Positions 9,456 through 19,807 of a stretch of DNA of 64,000 bases are shown piece by piece. Position 1 is the stretch's first letter, and every line of letters starts with the position of its first letter. Position numbers and translations under genes: made by a program. The stretch is from Candidatus Obscuribacteraceae bacterium. GTDB taxonomy: Bacteria > Cyanobacteriota > Vampirovibrionia > Obscuribacterales > Obscuribacteraceae. A model generated the notes under the pieces. The model saw only the letters and a program-made list of their open reading frames with translations, searched no databases and was not told where the DNA came from. Location: positions 96,001 through 160,000 of the forward strand of contig JBGASG010000002.1 of NCBI GenBank assembly GCA_044229845.1. Reading direction: 5' to 3'.

Positions 9456-10586
9456 TTATTGAGCATCTTTAAGGTCGCGGGCGCCCAGCCGCAGCATTTC
9501 GGTGCCCAAGATTTGCCGATAACTGTAGTCGTCCGGATCATGCGCGTCGATGAAATTCACAATCGCATCGAGCGCTGCCGAACGCAGGTATCTGGTCTCG
9601 AGCAGAAGGTGGCTGTACCCCGTCATCCAGCGGATCGTTTGATCCGGCGAGTTGATGTTGCGCGCCAGCTTGGTCACCGCCTGCGGTACCATCGCTTTGT
9701 CCTTGCTGCCCTGCAAAATTAAAACCGGCATCCCTTCCTTGAACTTCCTCGCCCATTTATTGGTCTTTTTCACAAAGCTCTGGGTCTCCAAAAGCGCCGC
9801 CAGCGGCATGTCGTGGCGCACCAGAGGATCGGCCGCCAGCTCCTCGCGAATCTGCGGTTCGTCACTGACCAGCTCTTTGAAAAAGACCTCGTAAGACATC
9901 TCGTGCCCCTTCTTGAAGAGAGCACCGATGCCTTCAGCGATGGTTTGCGGATGCACATACATGAGCGGATTGACACGCGAAGTCGGTGCGGCAACGATGA
10001 TTTCATCGATGATCTCCGGATGTTCTCCAGTGAGCCTGACGCAGAATGATGTGCCGAGACTCTCGCCAAGACAGGCAATTGAGAGATTCGTATATTTCTC
10101 TTTGAGGGCTTTCGCCAGGCCGACTATGTCGTCATAGCTTTTTTCATTGTCGATCTTTTGCAATGCCTCCGGTGCATCGGCTTTGGAGTTCAGTCCGTAG
10201 CCGCGCATATCCGGCGCAACAAATATTGCGCCACCACTGGCGAAACCACGAGCCAAAACTTCATAGCAGCGCCCATGCAGTGTCAAACCGTGCACGGCCA
10301 GCACCACCATGCGCACCTTCTGTCCGGAAGGAGCCCAGACGTGCACCGGCAATCCGTTGGCAGCCTTGCTCAACTCCGGATCATTTTCGATGTAATTGTA
10401 CTTGCCGTTCCACGTGACTTCTTGCAGAAACACCGGTGGGAAAACACCCGGCTCTGCCGACGGCGGTTCAACCTCGGCGAAACAGTGCGGCATCGCGATC
10501 AGCGATACGATCGCAGCAAACAGACCCGCTATCACAATACGAAGATTTGGCACCGGACGTTTCCTCACCAGAGCGGTCGTGGTCAC
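9456..10586 (-). CDS. Secreted/membrane-anchored alpha/beta hydrolase, paralog of 5697-6710
   Basis: Motifs VHGLT, DMRGYG, GESLG, QGSKD and YSH. Start placed at the GTG overlapping the upstream TGA (GTGA coupling). Confidence 0.85.
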   Translation of the reverse strand: MTTTALVRKRPVPNLRIVIAGLFAAIVSLIAMPHCFAEVEPPSAEPGVFPPVFLQEVTWNGKYNYIENDPELSKAANGLPVHVWAPSGQKVRMVVLAVHGLTLHGRCYEVLARGFASGGAIFVAPDMRGYGLNSKADAPEALQKIDNEKSYDDIVGLAKALKEKYTNLSIACLGESLGTSFCVRLTGEHPEIIDEIIVAAPTSRVNPLMYVHPQTIAEGIGALFKKGHEMSYEVFFKELVSDEPQIREELAADPLVRHDMPLAALLETQSFVKKTNKWARKFKEGMPVLILQGSKDKAMVPQAVTKLARNINSPDQTIRWMTGYSHLLLETRYLRSAALDAIVNFIDAHDPDDYSYRQILGTEMLRLGARDLKDAQ

Positions 10587-11305
10587 TGCACAGACAACCA
10601 TACGCCGAGCAGCAAAATAATTCCAGAGACAATCTGTTTGAAGATCCGGTCGGGAATTTTGGCCAGCACTTGTCGTCCTGCGAAAGTGCCGACGAGGACG
10701 CCGGCGGTGCTCAGTGCGAGCAACGTCCAGATGGCGGACAATTGCTGCCACTGCAGATAGAAATAAACCGGCATGCGCGCGGCATCGACACACAGGGCAA
10801 TCGCAGTCGCGGTTGCCACCATGGCATTTTTGCTCAGATCAAACGACAGCAGCGCCGCGGATCTGATACCGCCCTGGTTACCTACAAGACCGCCCAGCGC
10901 GCCGGACAGCCCACCAGCGACCCAGCATAACGGGCCTTTGAACAAAGCGCGTTCATTGACCCGGGTGATGCCCACCAGCCCGGCGGCAATCAGCACCACG
11001 CCGAGGATGCGCGTCAATAGCAGGCTGTCGAACAAATTGTGAGCCATTGCTCCAGCCAGCCCGCCCAACGCGCTGGCGATACCAAAGTGCAACAGCACCG
11101 TTTTGTTGATGTCGGCGCGCAGCATCCAGCAGCGCACCGCTGTCCCGATCAAATGCGGAATAGAAACAGCAGCCACTGCCAGCTTTGCATCATGCAGATG
11201 CAACCAGAGCAGCGGCGTCAAAAGGCTGCCGATACCAAAGCCCGAAACTGACGCCACCGCACCAGCCAGGAATGCCACCAGCATTAGGAGCATCACGAAC
11301 TGCAT
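10583..11305 (-). CDS. Sulfite exporter TauE/SafE family membrane protein
   Basis: About 8 TM helices; AGAVASVSGFG.G and SGALGGLVGNQGG repeat motifs. Confidence 0.85.
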   Translation of the reverse strand: MQFVMLLMLVAFLAGAVASVSGFGIGSLLTPLLWLHLHDAKLAVAAVSIPHLIGTAVRCWMLRADINKTVLLHFGIASALGGLAGAMAHNLFDSLLLTRILGVVLIAAGLVGITRVNERALFKGPLCWVAGGLSGALGGLVGNQGGIRSAALLSFDLSKNAMVATATAIALCVDAARMPVYFYLQWQQLSAIWTLLALSTAGVLVGTFAGRQVLAKIPDRIFKQIVSGIILLLGVWLSVQ

Positions 11306-11418
11306 GCCCCAAGCTTACACCGCGCCGAGTCTAAGCTCTAGTATTCCAGGAAAAACCCTGAGGCTGAATGGCTGAGTTGCAGGTACGCTTGATCACAGGG
11401 TTAATTTCGCAAGGCGTT

Positions 11419-12660
11419 ATGCGCGTAATCAAAGTTTTTGCGCTCATCATCGCAACCGCGTGCACGGCAGCCGCGGTTGCAGAAGAGAAACCGCACCTGC
11501 ACGGCAGCATCAATTCGCCGGCAGCGCCTGGTGCATCGGTGAAGAAACCAGCGTCGGCATCGACCAAGCAATCCACTCCTAAAACAAAAAAGCGCGGACT
11601 AGATCTGGTGATCGTCGACCCCAGCGGATCATACATCTCAAATCTGAATCCGAACTCAGACAGCAGCAACACAGCCCGGGCGCGACGCGAATCGATGGCA
11701 ACATATGCCAACCGCCGCGCTCGCGATCTCATGCAAAAGAAAGACTACGAGAATGCACTGCGCGAGTTCAATGAAGCGATCATGGCCAATCCTGATATGT
11801 CATACGTAATCGGTCGCGCCGAACTCTATGAACTCATGGGGCGCTACGAAGACGCCGCTCGCGACTGGAACAAGATTTACACCGACTGCCCGCAAGCCGA
11901 CGGCGACCTTTTGTTAGGCGCCGAATTTTTCAAGAAACGCGCAGACTACGAGAGCGCGTTGAAGTTTTGCAATCAGTCGTTGAAAGCATATCCGTCATCT
12001 CAAGCCTACCGCACGCGAGCCGACATTTATAAAGCGTCCGGCAACTACAGGCAGGCAATCGAAGATGCCTACAGTGCTTATCGCACAGCTCTGCAGAGCG
12101 GCTACGACGGGCAGGCGGAGAGGCAGTTGCTCAAGGCTTGGCTCGGTAAAGACCCTGGCATGCCGCAACCACCGAGACAAAAAGTCGGTGCCGTATTGAG
12201 CGTAATTAAGGCCCTGTCCGAATCGAAGAAACCATTCTCCCCGACGCTCACATCTCGACTCACAGGGCTGGCGTTAACGGAGCTGCCACTGCAGGGGACA
12301 TCCGAACATACCGGCAGTTTTGAGTCTCTGGTGCGGGACAGTTCCAAAGAGTGGTGGCGAGTAGAATTAGATCGTCCTGATGCGGGTGGATACCGAAATT
12401 GCCTGGAATTAGTGCTCAATCCGGCGGTCGTATCCGTCTCGGAAGATGACGTACGCAGCGTGTTCGGAGCCTGCGACCTGATTCCGAATCGCTCCACCAT
12501 GTGCATCCTGTCTCCCGCACATATGGAATACATTCGTCCCTGGGGCAAGCTGACTTTCCTGTTTCAAGACAGCGGATTCAAGTCGTTGTCCAGCGTCGTG
12601 ATGTGGGTGGAGCCTATATCAAAGCCCACATCCCGTTCGGGTTCCAGAAGTAAGGATTGA
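11419..12660 (+). CDS. Secreted TPR-repeat protein
   Basis: Signal peptide MRVIKVFALII; TPR-like helices (DYENALREFNEAI, AYRTRADIY...YRQAIED). Confidence 0.75.
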   Translation: MRVIKVFALIIATACTAAAVAEEKPHLHGSINSPAAPGASVKKPASASTKQSTPKTKKRGLDLVIVDPSGSYISNLNPNSDSSNTARARRESMATYANRRARDLMQKKDYENALREFNEAIMANPDMSYVIGRAELYELMGRYEDAARDWNKIYTDCPQADGDLLLGAEFFKKRADYESALKFCNQSLKAYPSSQAYRTRADIYKASGNYRQAIEDAYSAYRTALQSGYDGQAERQLLKAWLGKDPGMPQPPRQKVGAVLSVIKALSESKKPFSPTLTSRLTGLALTELPLQGTSEHTGSFESLVRDSSKEWWRVELDRPDAGGYRNCLELVLNPAVVSVSEDDVRSVFGACDLIPNRSTMCILSPAHMEYIRPWGKLTFLFQDSGFKSLSSVVMWVEPISKPTSRSGSRSKD

Positions 12661-13687
12661 CGTCGGAGAATTCGCACTTGCGCCACTGAGCGATGAACGT
12701 GCGGTCGTGCACCACCGAGTAGAAATTGCATTGCGGCGGCAGCTTGTTGTAGTTGAGCGCCTGAAAGCGCGCGAATTCCTGGATGATTTCGCGGTAGTTC
12801 GAAGCATTCATGGGCGCTTGCACGCGCACGTCGGCATAACCGATAGAGTGCATGCCGAACGAGTATGCATCCTGTTCGGAAAATCCCATCATCACCAGCG
12901 CATTGAATGTATATCCAGATTGAGCGCAGCGCCGCCACTCATCTGCATCAAGAAGCAGTCCGCTGTGAAATGACCAGATCAACTGACCGCCGACCGCGTC
13001 CATCAATGCCGATGTCGTGCGCAGAAAAGATTTGGCGAAGGCTTGCTGATTGGGAAAACTCTGGGCGATGGATGAAGCCGGTCCGCTGATGCGTAGAGAA
13101 TAATTGCGTTCTTTTACTGCCTTGAACGCTGAGCGGTCCAGGTAGCCGAGCGCCAGCATGTTTTCGTACGTATCGAGACTGGCCTGGCGCTCGCCCGGTC
13201 TGGCAGGCTCGATGCTGATCTCGAAGATGGCACCATGCCCGCCCACTGTGACACCATCTGTAGAGACAGTGCCGGCGTTGACGATGCGGCGCAGCACTTC
13301 TGACGGATCCTTCGCCCGCACAAAGACGACGGCACTGAGCGCACTGTTGAAGGGAGCCAGGTTTTCCACAGTGTTCTTCGCGCCGTGCGCACGAAATTTG
13401 CATTGCTCAAGTGACGTGCGCACCCCTTCAGCATCACCATGTTCATTGATATGAGCCAGTCCGGCACAGGCGCGTGCGTAAGCAGATTCATAATTGCCCA
13501 GCGAAAAGTGCAGCTCTGCCAGTTCAAGCAATGCACTCGGAGATTTGACGAAGCCGAGCGCGATTTCAAACTCTCTAGCTGCTTCATCGAGTCTCCCGCT
13601 TGCTGCAGCCTGGCGCGCCAACGCCATTCTCTGAATAGCGTAGTCATTCCAATGGCCGGACAGATTCGCTGTGGACATTCCTGCCAC
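12614..13687 (-). CDS. Hypothetical protein with N-terminal TPR
   Basis: 357-aa ORF with AGGAGG-like RBS; TPR-like GRLDEAAREFEIAL and GNYESAY; convergent 47-bp overlap with the previous gene. Confidence 0.7.
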   Translation of the reverse strand: MAGMSTANLSGHWNDYAIQRMALARQAAASGRLDEAAREFEIALGFVKSPSALLELAELHFSLGNYESAYARACAGLAHINEHGDAEGVRTSLEQCKFRAHGAKNTVENLAPFNSALSAVVFVRAKDPSEVLRRIVNAGTVSTDGVTVGGHGAIFEISIEPARPGERQASLDTYENMLALGYLDRSAFKAVKERNYSLRISGPASSIAQSFPNQQAFAKSFLRTTSALMDAVGGQLIWSFHSGLLLDADEWRRCAQSGYTFNALVMMGFSEQDAYSFGMHSIGYADVRVQAPMNASNYREIIQEFARFQALNYNKLPPQCNFYSVVHDRTFIAQWRKCEFSDVNPYFWNPNGMWALI

Positions 13688-13986
13688 CTCCTATGAACGG
13701 GTAGGGGTGAAACGGTTGCGGGACCAATCTGAACCGATTCTCGGTCAAAGCCGGCGATTAGTCATGCGTAAATTTACTAATCAAGCGGCGCCGAGAACCC
13801 GCTCCAGCACAGGCCAGTTGGCGAATGGCGGCATAGAACACTTTCGGATCGCAAGTGTACATGCGTGATTCGGGAGGCAGGGAAAAATCGCTTTGGCGAC
13901 GCCACCACTGAGAATTTACGAGACAAATCTCGTTGCAATTTGAATCATTCTTAACATGGAAGAAACCGCTCCAGCACGAGAGTGCA

Positions 13987-16155
13987 TCAAGTTTCTTCCG
14001 ACGGCAAATCGGGGGCAGCTTGCGGCGGAGATTCCGGTGCGGCTTCCGACTCCGGTGTCGCAGGCAGTGGCTTGCGCATGAAGTTGAGCCCCAGCACCGT
14101 TGAATAAAGCGCGGCTCCGATAAAGCCCAATGCCCGGATTCCCACCATCATCGAAGCATATTCAAGACATACACCGCCGACGCCGCCGATCAGGTTAAAC
14201 GCAAGCGCCGTACTGGGATTGCGCGTGCCCTTGAACAGCAGCGCAAAGCAGGTAGAGGCGAAGATTAGCGGGAAGAGGTACATGGTGCAAGCTGCGGTTC
14301 CACCAAGGGTCGGACCGAGCGGAATGAAACTGCTGGAGCTCACCATAGTCGAGGCGAGCAGCGAAGCGATGACGCCGGCGAGCAGCCAGGATACCCATTT
14401 TTCGCTGATCTTCATGGCGATGTAGTTGCCGATCAAAATCACGATCATGACGGCCGAGATAATGACGCTGTTAATCACCCAGGTCGAGCCGAACAGCAAT
14501 GATATATCCGCCATAGCACGCACTTCCATCATCATGAAAGCCATGCCCAGGAAGAACATCTGCCAGTTGCGGACGTTGCGCGCTCCGCGAGCGAATTCCA
14601 GTGCCACCGGGATGGCACTCAACAGCAGTACCGCCACGATCGGCAAAATGTACGAAGTTGGAATCTCTCGTTTAGGCAAGAACAAGAACGGCCAGTCATC
14701 AGTTGAAATCGATATCGGCGAGCTGGAAGTGACAGGGACGGCACGCCCCTTCAAGTAATCAGGCACCGCCTCCGGCTTGATGCCGCCGTTGGCGCCGAAG
14801 AGCATGCCGCTGTTCATATCGGCATAAGCGCGATAGCCAACCGGAGGCGCGCCGGTTGCATTAGCCAATGTCTTCAAATGCCTGTCCCAGAGCCATTCAC
14901 CAGGCATTACGAAACTGACGCAAATTATGCCGCCCGGCTTCAAACAATTGGCGGCGCTCTTCAGCGATTCTTCGGTGAAGACGTAGTTGTCCATGCGCAA
15001 TGACGACAGCGACGAGAACGCGGCGTGACTATCGAGAGCAGCGAAGACAATCACATCGTATTTCTTGTTGCAGGTCTGCAGGAAGTTGCGGGCATCCGTG
15101 ATGTACAGCTTGACGTTGGGGTTGTCGTACGGCTTCTCGGGATGCATGTCCTTGCCGATCTGAGCAATCGCCGGATCGATTTCGATGGCATCTATGTGCT
15201 TGATGCCGTTTCTGATGGCAGCAGCGACATCGCTGCCGCTGCCACTGCCGAGAACCAATACTTCCTGCTCGGGACGCTTGTCTTTGAACCAGCGCATCGG
15301 CTCGGTGAGCAGGTCTCGCTGCGCTGTGGCGACGTTGGGCGGCAACTTAGCCAGGGTCTCGGACGAGCAATCAACTATCGATTGGAACGAGTCGTAATTG
15401 ATAAAGAGGTTATAGCCGATGATCACGTCTTTGAAGCGGCCTTCATTGCCGCCCCGCTGCTTAACGACGTCGATACGGTAATACGGCGACCAGACCGTCT
15501 TCACGCAATCGCCGCCGTAAGCGCGCTTGGTCATCAACGGTTCCAGGTACACACCATAGGCAATACCAAGCAAGCAGAGCGCAATCGGTATCGCTCGCCG
15601 CTCGATCGTAAAGTAGAGCAAGCCCGCGACGATTAACCAGACCATCGGACCGGTGCTCATGAACGAGAGCACGGAAAATAGTATGGTTCCAAGCAACCCA
15701 CCAAAGACGTTTATTGAATAAGCGTTCAGCGGCGGCAACTGCGAGAAACACTTCCCTGTGCGCTGCCCCAATCCTATGAAGATGAAAGCAATCAGCGAGA
15801 ACACGGACAGCATGATCGCCAGACTGCGCAATGTTTGTTGGATAGTCACGACATTTTCCGGCTTGAGGCTGCCCTGCAAGCCCCACATCATGAATTGATC
15901 GGGATTCACGAACGTCAGGTAAGTCAGACCCAGTCCAAATGCCGTCGTCAGGAGACCAGCCAGGATCATCAGCGCAAAGGCTGACCAATTATACAGATCG
16001 CGCTTACGCTCGGACCAGATGAAACCGAGACCCAGTCCCAGAAAAACCGCCATCAAAGGCAGGTTTTTGAAATAAGCAAAGATGCGAATTTCGGTAGAGA
16101 CCCAGCGAATGACCAGCAACTCGCAGAAGAGCGCCAGAACGCTCAACAGCAGCAA
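13987..16155 (-). CDS. Membrane-bound spermidine synthase-like SAM-dependent protein
   Basis: N- and C-terminal TM bundles; central VLVLGSGSGSD, AIEIDPAI, TDARNFL, YDVIVF; TDDWPFL. The true start may lie up to 16 codons upstream. Confidence 0.85.
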   Translation of the reverse strand: MLLLSVLALFCELLVIRWVSTEIRIFAYFKNLPLMAVFLGLGLGFIWSERKRDLYNWSAFALMILAGLLTTAFGLGLTYLTFVNPDQFMMWGLQGSLKPENVVTIQQTLRSLAIMLSVFSLIAFIFIGLGQRTGKCFSQLPPLNAYSINVFGGLLGTILFSVLSFMSTGPMVWLIVAGLLYFTIERRAIPIALCLLGIAYGVYLEPLMTKRAYGGDCVKTVWSPYYRIDVVKQRGGNEGRFKDVIIGYNLFINYDSFQSIVDCSSETLAKLPPNVATAQRDLLTEPMRWFKDKRPEQEVLVLGSGSGSDVAAAIRNGIKHIDAIEIDPAIAQIGKDMHPEKPYDNPNVKLYITDARNFLQTCNKKYDVIVFAALDSHAAFSSLSSLRMDNYVFTEESLKSAANCLKPGGIICVSFVMPGEWLWDRHLKTLANATGAPPVGYRAYADMNSGMLFGANGGIKPEAVPDYLKGRAVPVTSSSPISISTDDWPFLFLPKREIPTSYILPIVAVLLLSAIPVALEFARGARNVRNWQMFFLGMAFMMMEVRAMADISLLFGSTWVINSVIISAVMIVILIGNYIAMKISEKWVSWLLAGVIASLLASTMVSSSSFIPLGPTLGGTAACTMYLFPLIFASTCFALLFKGTRNPSTALAFNLIGGVGGVCLEYASMMVGIRALGFIGAALYSTVLGLNFMRKPLPATPESEAAPESPPQAAPDLPSEET

Positions 16156-16289
16156 CTCTATGGCTATGCTCTTAGCACTTTTTACCGATTGAGAACTAGT
16201 AATTTTGGGGCTCCGCGCTGCTTACTACACCAACATAACAACGATATCACAACGCAGTCGTCAAGCCCTCCCGTCCAATCGTCGAAACG

Positions 16290-16892
16290 CTACCTACCGG
16301 CAGTCTTCACGCGTACCAGGCGCGCACTCACAACCCCTTCGCCTTGATCAGCGGCTGATTGTTTGTCGTCCGCGGCAGAACCGGTGTCCGGCTTGCCACT
16401 ATATATGGTGTAGCACACGTCAATGACGGCTGGTCCCCTCGCCGACCAGGTTTTCGGAAGGCGCACGTTCCGCAGCATATTTACGGTCTCTGCCGAAAAC
16501 GCTGGATCAGTGGAGACCGTCTCATCGACTTTTATCGCCGTGATCTGTTTGGTTTTCCTGACAATAGTGAACCTGACTGTAGCAGTGTGTCCCTCGTCCC
16601 CGCCTCCCAGTTTCTTGCCGCCGTGCCGCTGCGCGTACAGTCGATCCATTTGCGCATCGAGCTTGTCAAACAGAGGATCGGCTTGAACGCCGTCCCACCC
16701 CTCTACAACCTCGCCTTCATACATACATCCATGTACCGGGATCGACGGGTAACCAACAGGCGCTTTTGCTTGTCCTCTGCCGACGCCCCAGCGGCGGCCC
16801 AGCCCTGGTTCTGATTCAGGGCAGGCAACATCTGCGCTCGCTGCCGTACTCGCCAATATGTTGATGATGACCGCCAACACCAGATACTTCAC
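16290..16892 (-). CDS. Secreted protein with TonB C-terminal-like domain
   Basis: Signal peptide; ATVRFTI...ITAIKV...STDPAF; aligns with 16892-17509. Confidence 0.65.
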   Translation of the reverse strand: MKYLVLAVIINILASTAASADVACPESEPGLGRRWGVGRGQAKAPVGYPSIPVHGCMYEGEVVEGWDGVQADPLFDKLDAQMDRLYAQRHGGKKLGGGDEGHTATVRFTIVRKTKQITAIKVDETVSTDPAFSAETVNMLRNVRLPKTWSARGPAVIDVCYTIYSGKPDTGSAADDKQSAADQGEGVVSARLVRVKTAGR

Positions 16893-17509
16893 TACGGGAT
16901 CGCTCCATTGTCGGGTTCCGGATCCATACTGGGATTTGACTCGCCACCAAATATGGTGAGTTCACAGACAACCAGCGTCGGTCCCTTCTGCCAGCCTCTC
17001 GGCAAGCGCACACGTCGCACCATATCTAGTGCCTCAGCCTTGAAGGCAGGATTTTTCGACGAGTCCAGAACGCGGGCCCCCGTAACCCGTCCATCGCGCA
17101 TCAGGTAAAAACCGATCTTAGCCATGGCGCCCTCATCCCTCTGTCCGAGCGTTCTCCCTGGATGGGCTGCGGCATAGAGTTTGTCCAGGCACTGCTCGAA
17201 CTCAGACATCGGCACACGGAACGACATCGGCGAGCTGCACTCGAAATCGTAGCTCCATTGATGGAAGACACCTTCATCCGGTCCAATCATGCCACCACCC
17301 ACATGCGGCAGTGGAACGGTAGATGTTGAAGCAGGTATCGGCATGCCGCCCAGCATCATTCCCGGCTGGGGAAGGAGCACAGCCTTCCGGGGCGCACGGG
17401 CAGCTGGTTTCTTCGCGGGGGCAGCGCCTGCGTCAGCGGTCACAAAAGACAGTACAACCAGCGTCAGCAGCACAAGAGCAAATTGTTCCACTTGAGCCAT
17501 TACGAACAC
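16892..17509 (-). CDS. Secreted protein with TonB C-terminal-like domain
   Basis: Signal/TM segment, Pro-rich linker, IGFYLMRDGRVTGARVLDSSKNPAFKAEALDMVRR. Confidence 0.75.
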   Translation of the reverse strand: MFVMAQVEQFALVLLTLVVLSFVTADAGAAPAKKPAARAPRKAVLLPQPGMMLGGMPIPASTSTVPLPHVGGGMIGPDEGVFHQWSYDFECSSPMSFRVPMSEFEQCLDKLYAAAHPGRTLGQRDEGAMAKIGFYLMRDGRVTGARVLDSSKNPAFKAEALDMVRRVRLPRGWQKGPTLVVCELTIFGGESNPSMDPEPDNGAIP

Positions 17510-17519
17510 TCCGCCGCAA

Positions 17520-18185
17520 TTACCGACCAGTCAACACGCGCCCGCTGATATGTCCTCGTTCGTCGGAAACGTCACCGGCAGCGTCGCTTTCTGCCATCGC
17601 GTTGTTGCCGTAAATGTTGTAGTAGCAACGGACCTCAGTTGGTCCATCTTTTGGCAGAGGCGCCATCTTCGGCAACTTACGGACTAGGCTTCTCGCCTTC
17701 TCATTGAGGCGCTGGTCGCCACTGGTGCGACATACGAAAACGTTCTCTATGCCTCCATTTTGCGAATAGGTAAACGCGATTTTGGAAAACCCGATAGTGC
17801 TTCCGAATTTCTTCTCAGACTGACGCCGCATCTTCAATATCTGCTCATCGAGCGCCTGCATATATGGACCGAAATCGAACGCGTCGAGACTGCGTTCTCC
17901 CAGCCTTTGAAAGCAAGATTCGCTTTGTGCTGACTCCCAACCAGCCTCAAATCTGGCTCGCGGAGGCCATTTTCGCAAAAGCGCTTGCCATTGGCTGTCG
18001 TTCAATTCGTCGAGCGTGTCAGCCATAGCTTCACCCTCAACCGGCGTCGCCTGTTGAACTTGAACGACCGCAGGAGGCGTTGGAATCGCGTCATCGGTAG
18101 GCGAGGCGGTGGCGGCTGCGGCGCAGATGCTCAGGAATAATAGGCATGAAATTAGTACTACTAGGAACATGGGAGTTACCTCCAT
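17520..18185 (-). CDS. Secreted protein with TonB/TolA C-terminal domain
   Basis: DFGPYMQAL...IAFTYSQNGGIENV.V.RTSGDQRLNEKA...PLP motif. Confidence 0.75.
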   Translation of the reverse strand: MEVTPMFLVVLISCLLFLSICAAAATASPTDDAIPTPPAVVQVQQATPVEGEAMADTLDELNDSQWQALLRKWPPRARFEAGWESAQSESCFQRLGERSLDAFDFGPYMQALDEQILKMRRQSEKKFGSTIGFSKIAFTYSQNGGIENVFVCRTSGDQRLNEKARSLVRKLPKMAPLPKDGPTEVRCYYNIYGNNAMAESDAAGDVSDERGHISGRVLTGR

Positions 18186-18236
18186 GCTCCATAAAAACAG
18201 AAACTGAGTTTTTCAAGTAGGTGGAAAACCCTTGAA

Positions 18237-18863
18237 TTATTTGGCGACCGGCTCCTTGATCCACAGCTCATAGCGCGCCTTAACTCCAGCCGGCGGCAGC
18301 GACGGTATCGCCAGAAGCTTGGGGCACGACTTGAACTGCGCCAGGAGAGTCTTTTTGATTGCTTCCGACCGCGCGCTCTCTCGCTGAGCATCCGTCACCC
18401 GAATTGTTGAATCGCCCACACTGGGATTGACGATGCTGCCATCGGGAAGATAGGTGAATGTCACGGTCACCTGGCGCGCGGCGGGCGTGTAGTTATCCAC
18501 CGTGGTGAATGCGGTGCACTTGCCTGCCTGCTCCAACAGTCCAATAGGTTTCCAGGCTTTCGCCCACCTGTCCCGCTCACCAGCGACTTCAGCGTCCGTG
18601 GACAGCTGCACCGCGGGGGACACCAGCGCATTCAATTTTTGAGAAATTTGGGCGGACTCGGAAAGCAGACGGGAGTCGCCGGCTCCATTCCGAAGCTCTG
18701 AAGTGCCGACCTTTTGCTGGGCGTAAAACCTGAAATCGGGTGGACTGGACTGAAGTTTCTTTTCAGCAACTACCGCCTGCGGCCACGCAACCGCTATGCC
18801 GACGCTGAGCAACGCAGCAAAAATTGCCACGACACAGAGATTGAATCGAGTTCCTGACGGCAT
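18237..18863 (-). CDS. Membrane-anchored hypothetical protein, weakly TonB-C-like
   Basis: N-terminal TM segment; VTVTFTYLPDGSIVNPSV motif. Confidence 0.6.
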   Translation of the reverse strand: MPSGTRFNLCVVAIFAALLSVGIAVAWPQAVVAEKKLQSSPPDFRFYAQQKVGTSELRNGAGDSRLLSESAQISQKLNALVSPAVQLSTDAEVAGERDRWAKAWKPIGLLEQAGKCTAFTTVDNYTPAARQVTVTFTYLPDGSIVNPSVGDSTIRVTDAQRESARSEAIKKTLLAQFKSCPKLLAIPSLPPAGVKARYELWIKEPVAK

Positions 18864-18872
18864 CTCGGCGCG

Positions 18873-19763
18873 TTACTTGTTGAGCGCTTCGGCGCCGCCG
18901 ACGACTTCCAGCAGTTCTTGCGTGATGCTGGCTTGACGCGCTTTGTTGTACACGAGCGTCAAAGACTGAATCAGGTCGGCTGCGTTAGTAGATGCGTTGG
19001 ACATGGCGTTCATACGAGCAGCCAGTTCCGAAGCTGATGCATCGAGCAACGATTGATAAATGACGTTCTCGATGTACTTGGGCAGCAATTCGCGTTGCAG
19101 AACTTCTTCGACTGTGGGCTCGAAGATAAGCAGCGGGTCGACATGTGGCGTTTCGTCCTTGGCGGCTTCCGGCAATTGCACGGGAAGATACTGCATGTGG
19201 TTGATCTTCGAACGCAGCATGGAAATGAAGTGCGTGTAGATCAGCTCAACTTGATCCGCTTTGCCTGAGACAAAAACTTCAGACGCGGTTTCAGCGATCA
19301 ACTTGGCTTCACCGACTGTCGGCACGGCAGGCAATTGCGTGAAGTGTTTGTGCTTCTCACCGCCGACATGCTTCAAGAACGCAGCGCCCTTCAAACCGAT
19401 GACGATCCAGGACACTTCTTTGCCTTCTGCTTTCAGAGCACGCATGCGCTCGATAGCGAACCGCAACAGAGTTGTGTTGTAGGAGCCGCACAGACCGCGG
19501 TCGGAAGTGACCACGAGCAAACAGACTCTCTTCACTTCTTTGCGCTGTTCCAGCAGCGGAATCCCAGCCAGGTCGATAGCATCAGTGTCGCGCACCACTT
19601 CGCGCAACATGCGAATGACGCGCTCCGTGAACGGTCGGGCAGCGAGCGTGCGGGCTTGCGCTTTACGCACTTTCGCTGCAGCCACCAGTCGCATGGCGCG
19701 CGTGATTTTTTGCGTGGCTTGAACGCTCTTGATGCGCCGGCGAATTGCCTTCAGGTTGGCCAT
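18873..19763 (-). CDS. atpG: F0F1 ATP synthase subunit gamma
   Basis: MANLKAIRRRIKSV..TQKITRAM, TSDRGLCG, NKARQASITQEL. Confidence 0.98.
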   Translation of the reverse strand: MANLKAIRRRIKSVQATQKITRAMRLVAAAKVRKAQARTLAARPFTERVIRMLREVVRDTDAIDLAGIPLLEQRKEVKRVCLLVVTSDRGLCGSYNTTLLRFAIERMRALKAEGKEVSWIVIGLKGAAFLKHVGGEKHKHFTQLPAVPTVGEAKLIAETASEVFVSGKADQVELIYTHFISMLRSKINHMQYLPVQLPEAAKDETPHVDPLLIFEPTVEEVLQRELLPKYIENVIYQSLLDASASELAARMNAMSNASTNAADLIQSLTLVYNKARQASITQELLEVVGGAEALNK

Positions 19764-19807
19764 CTTATTGTCTGGGCTCCCTTTCCTTTACGTGCGTCCT
19801 TGCCTGA

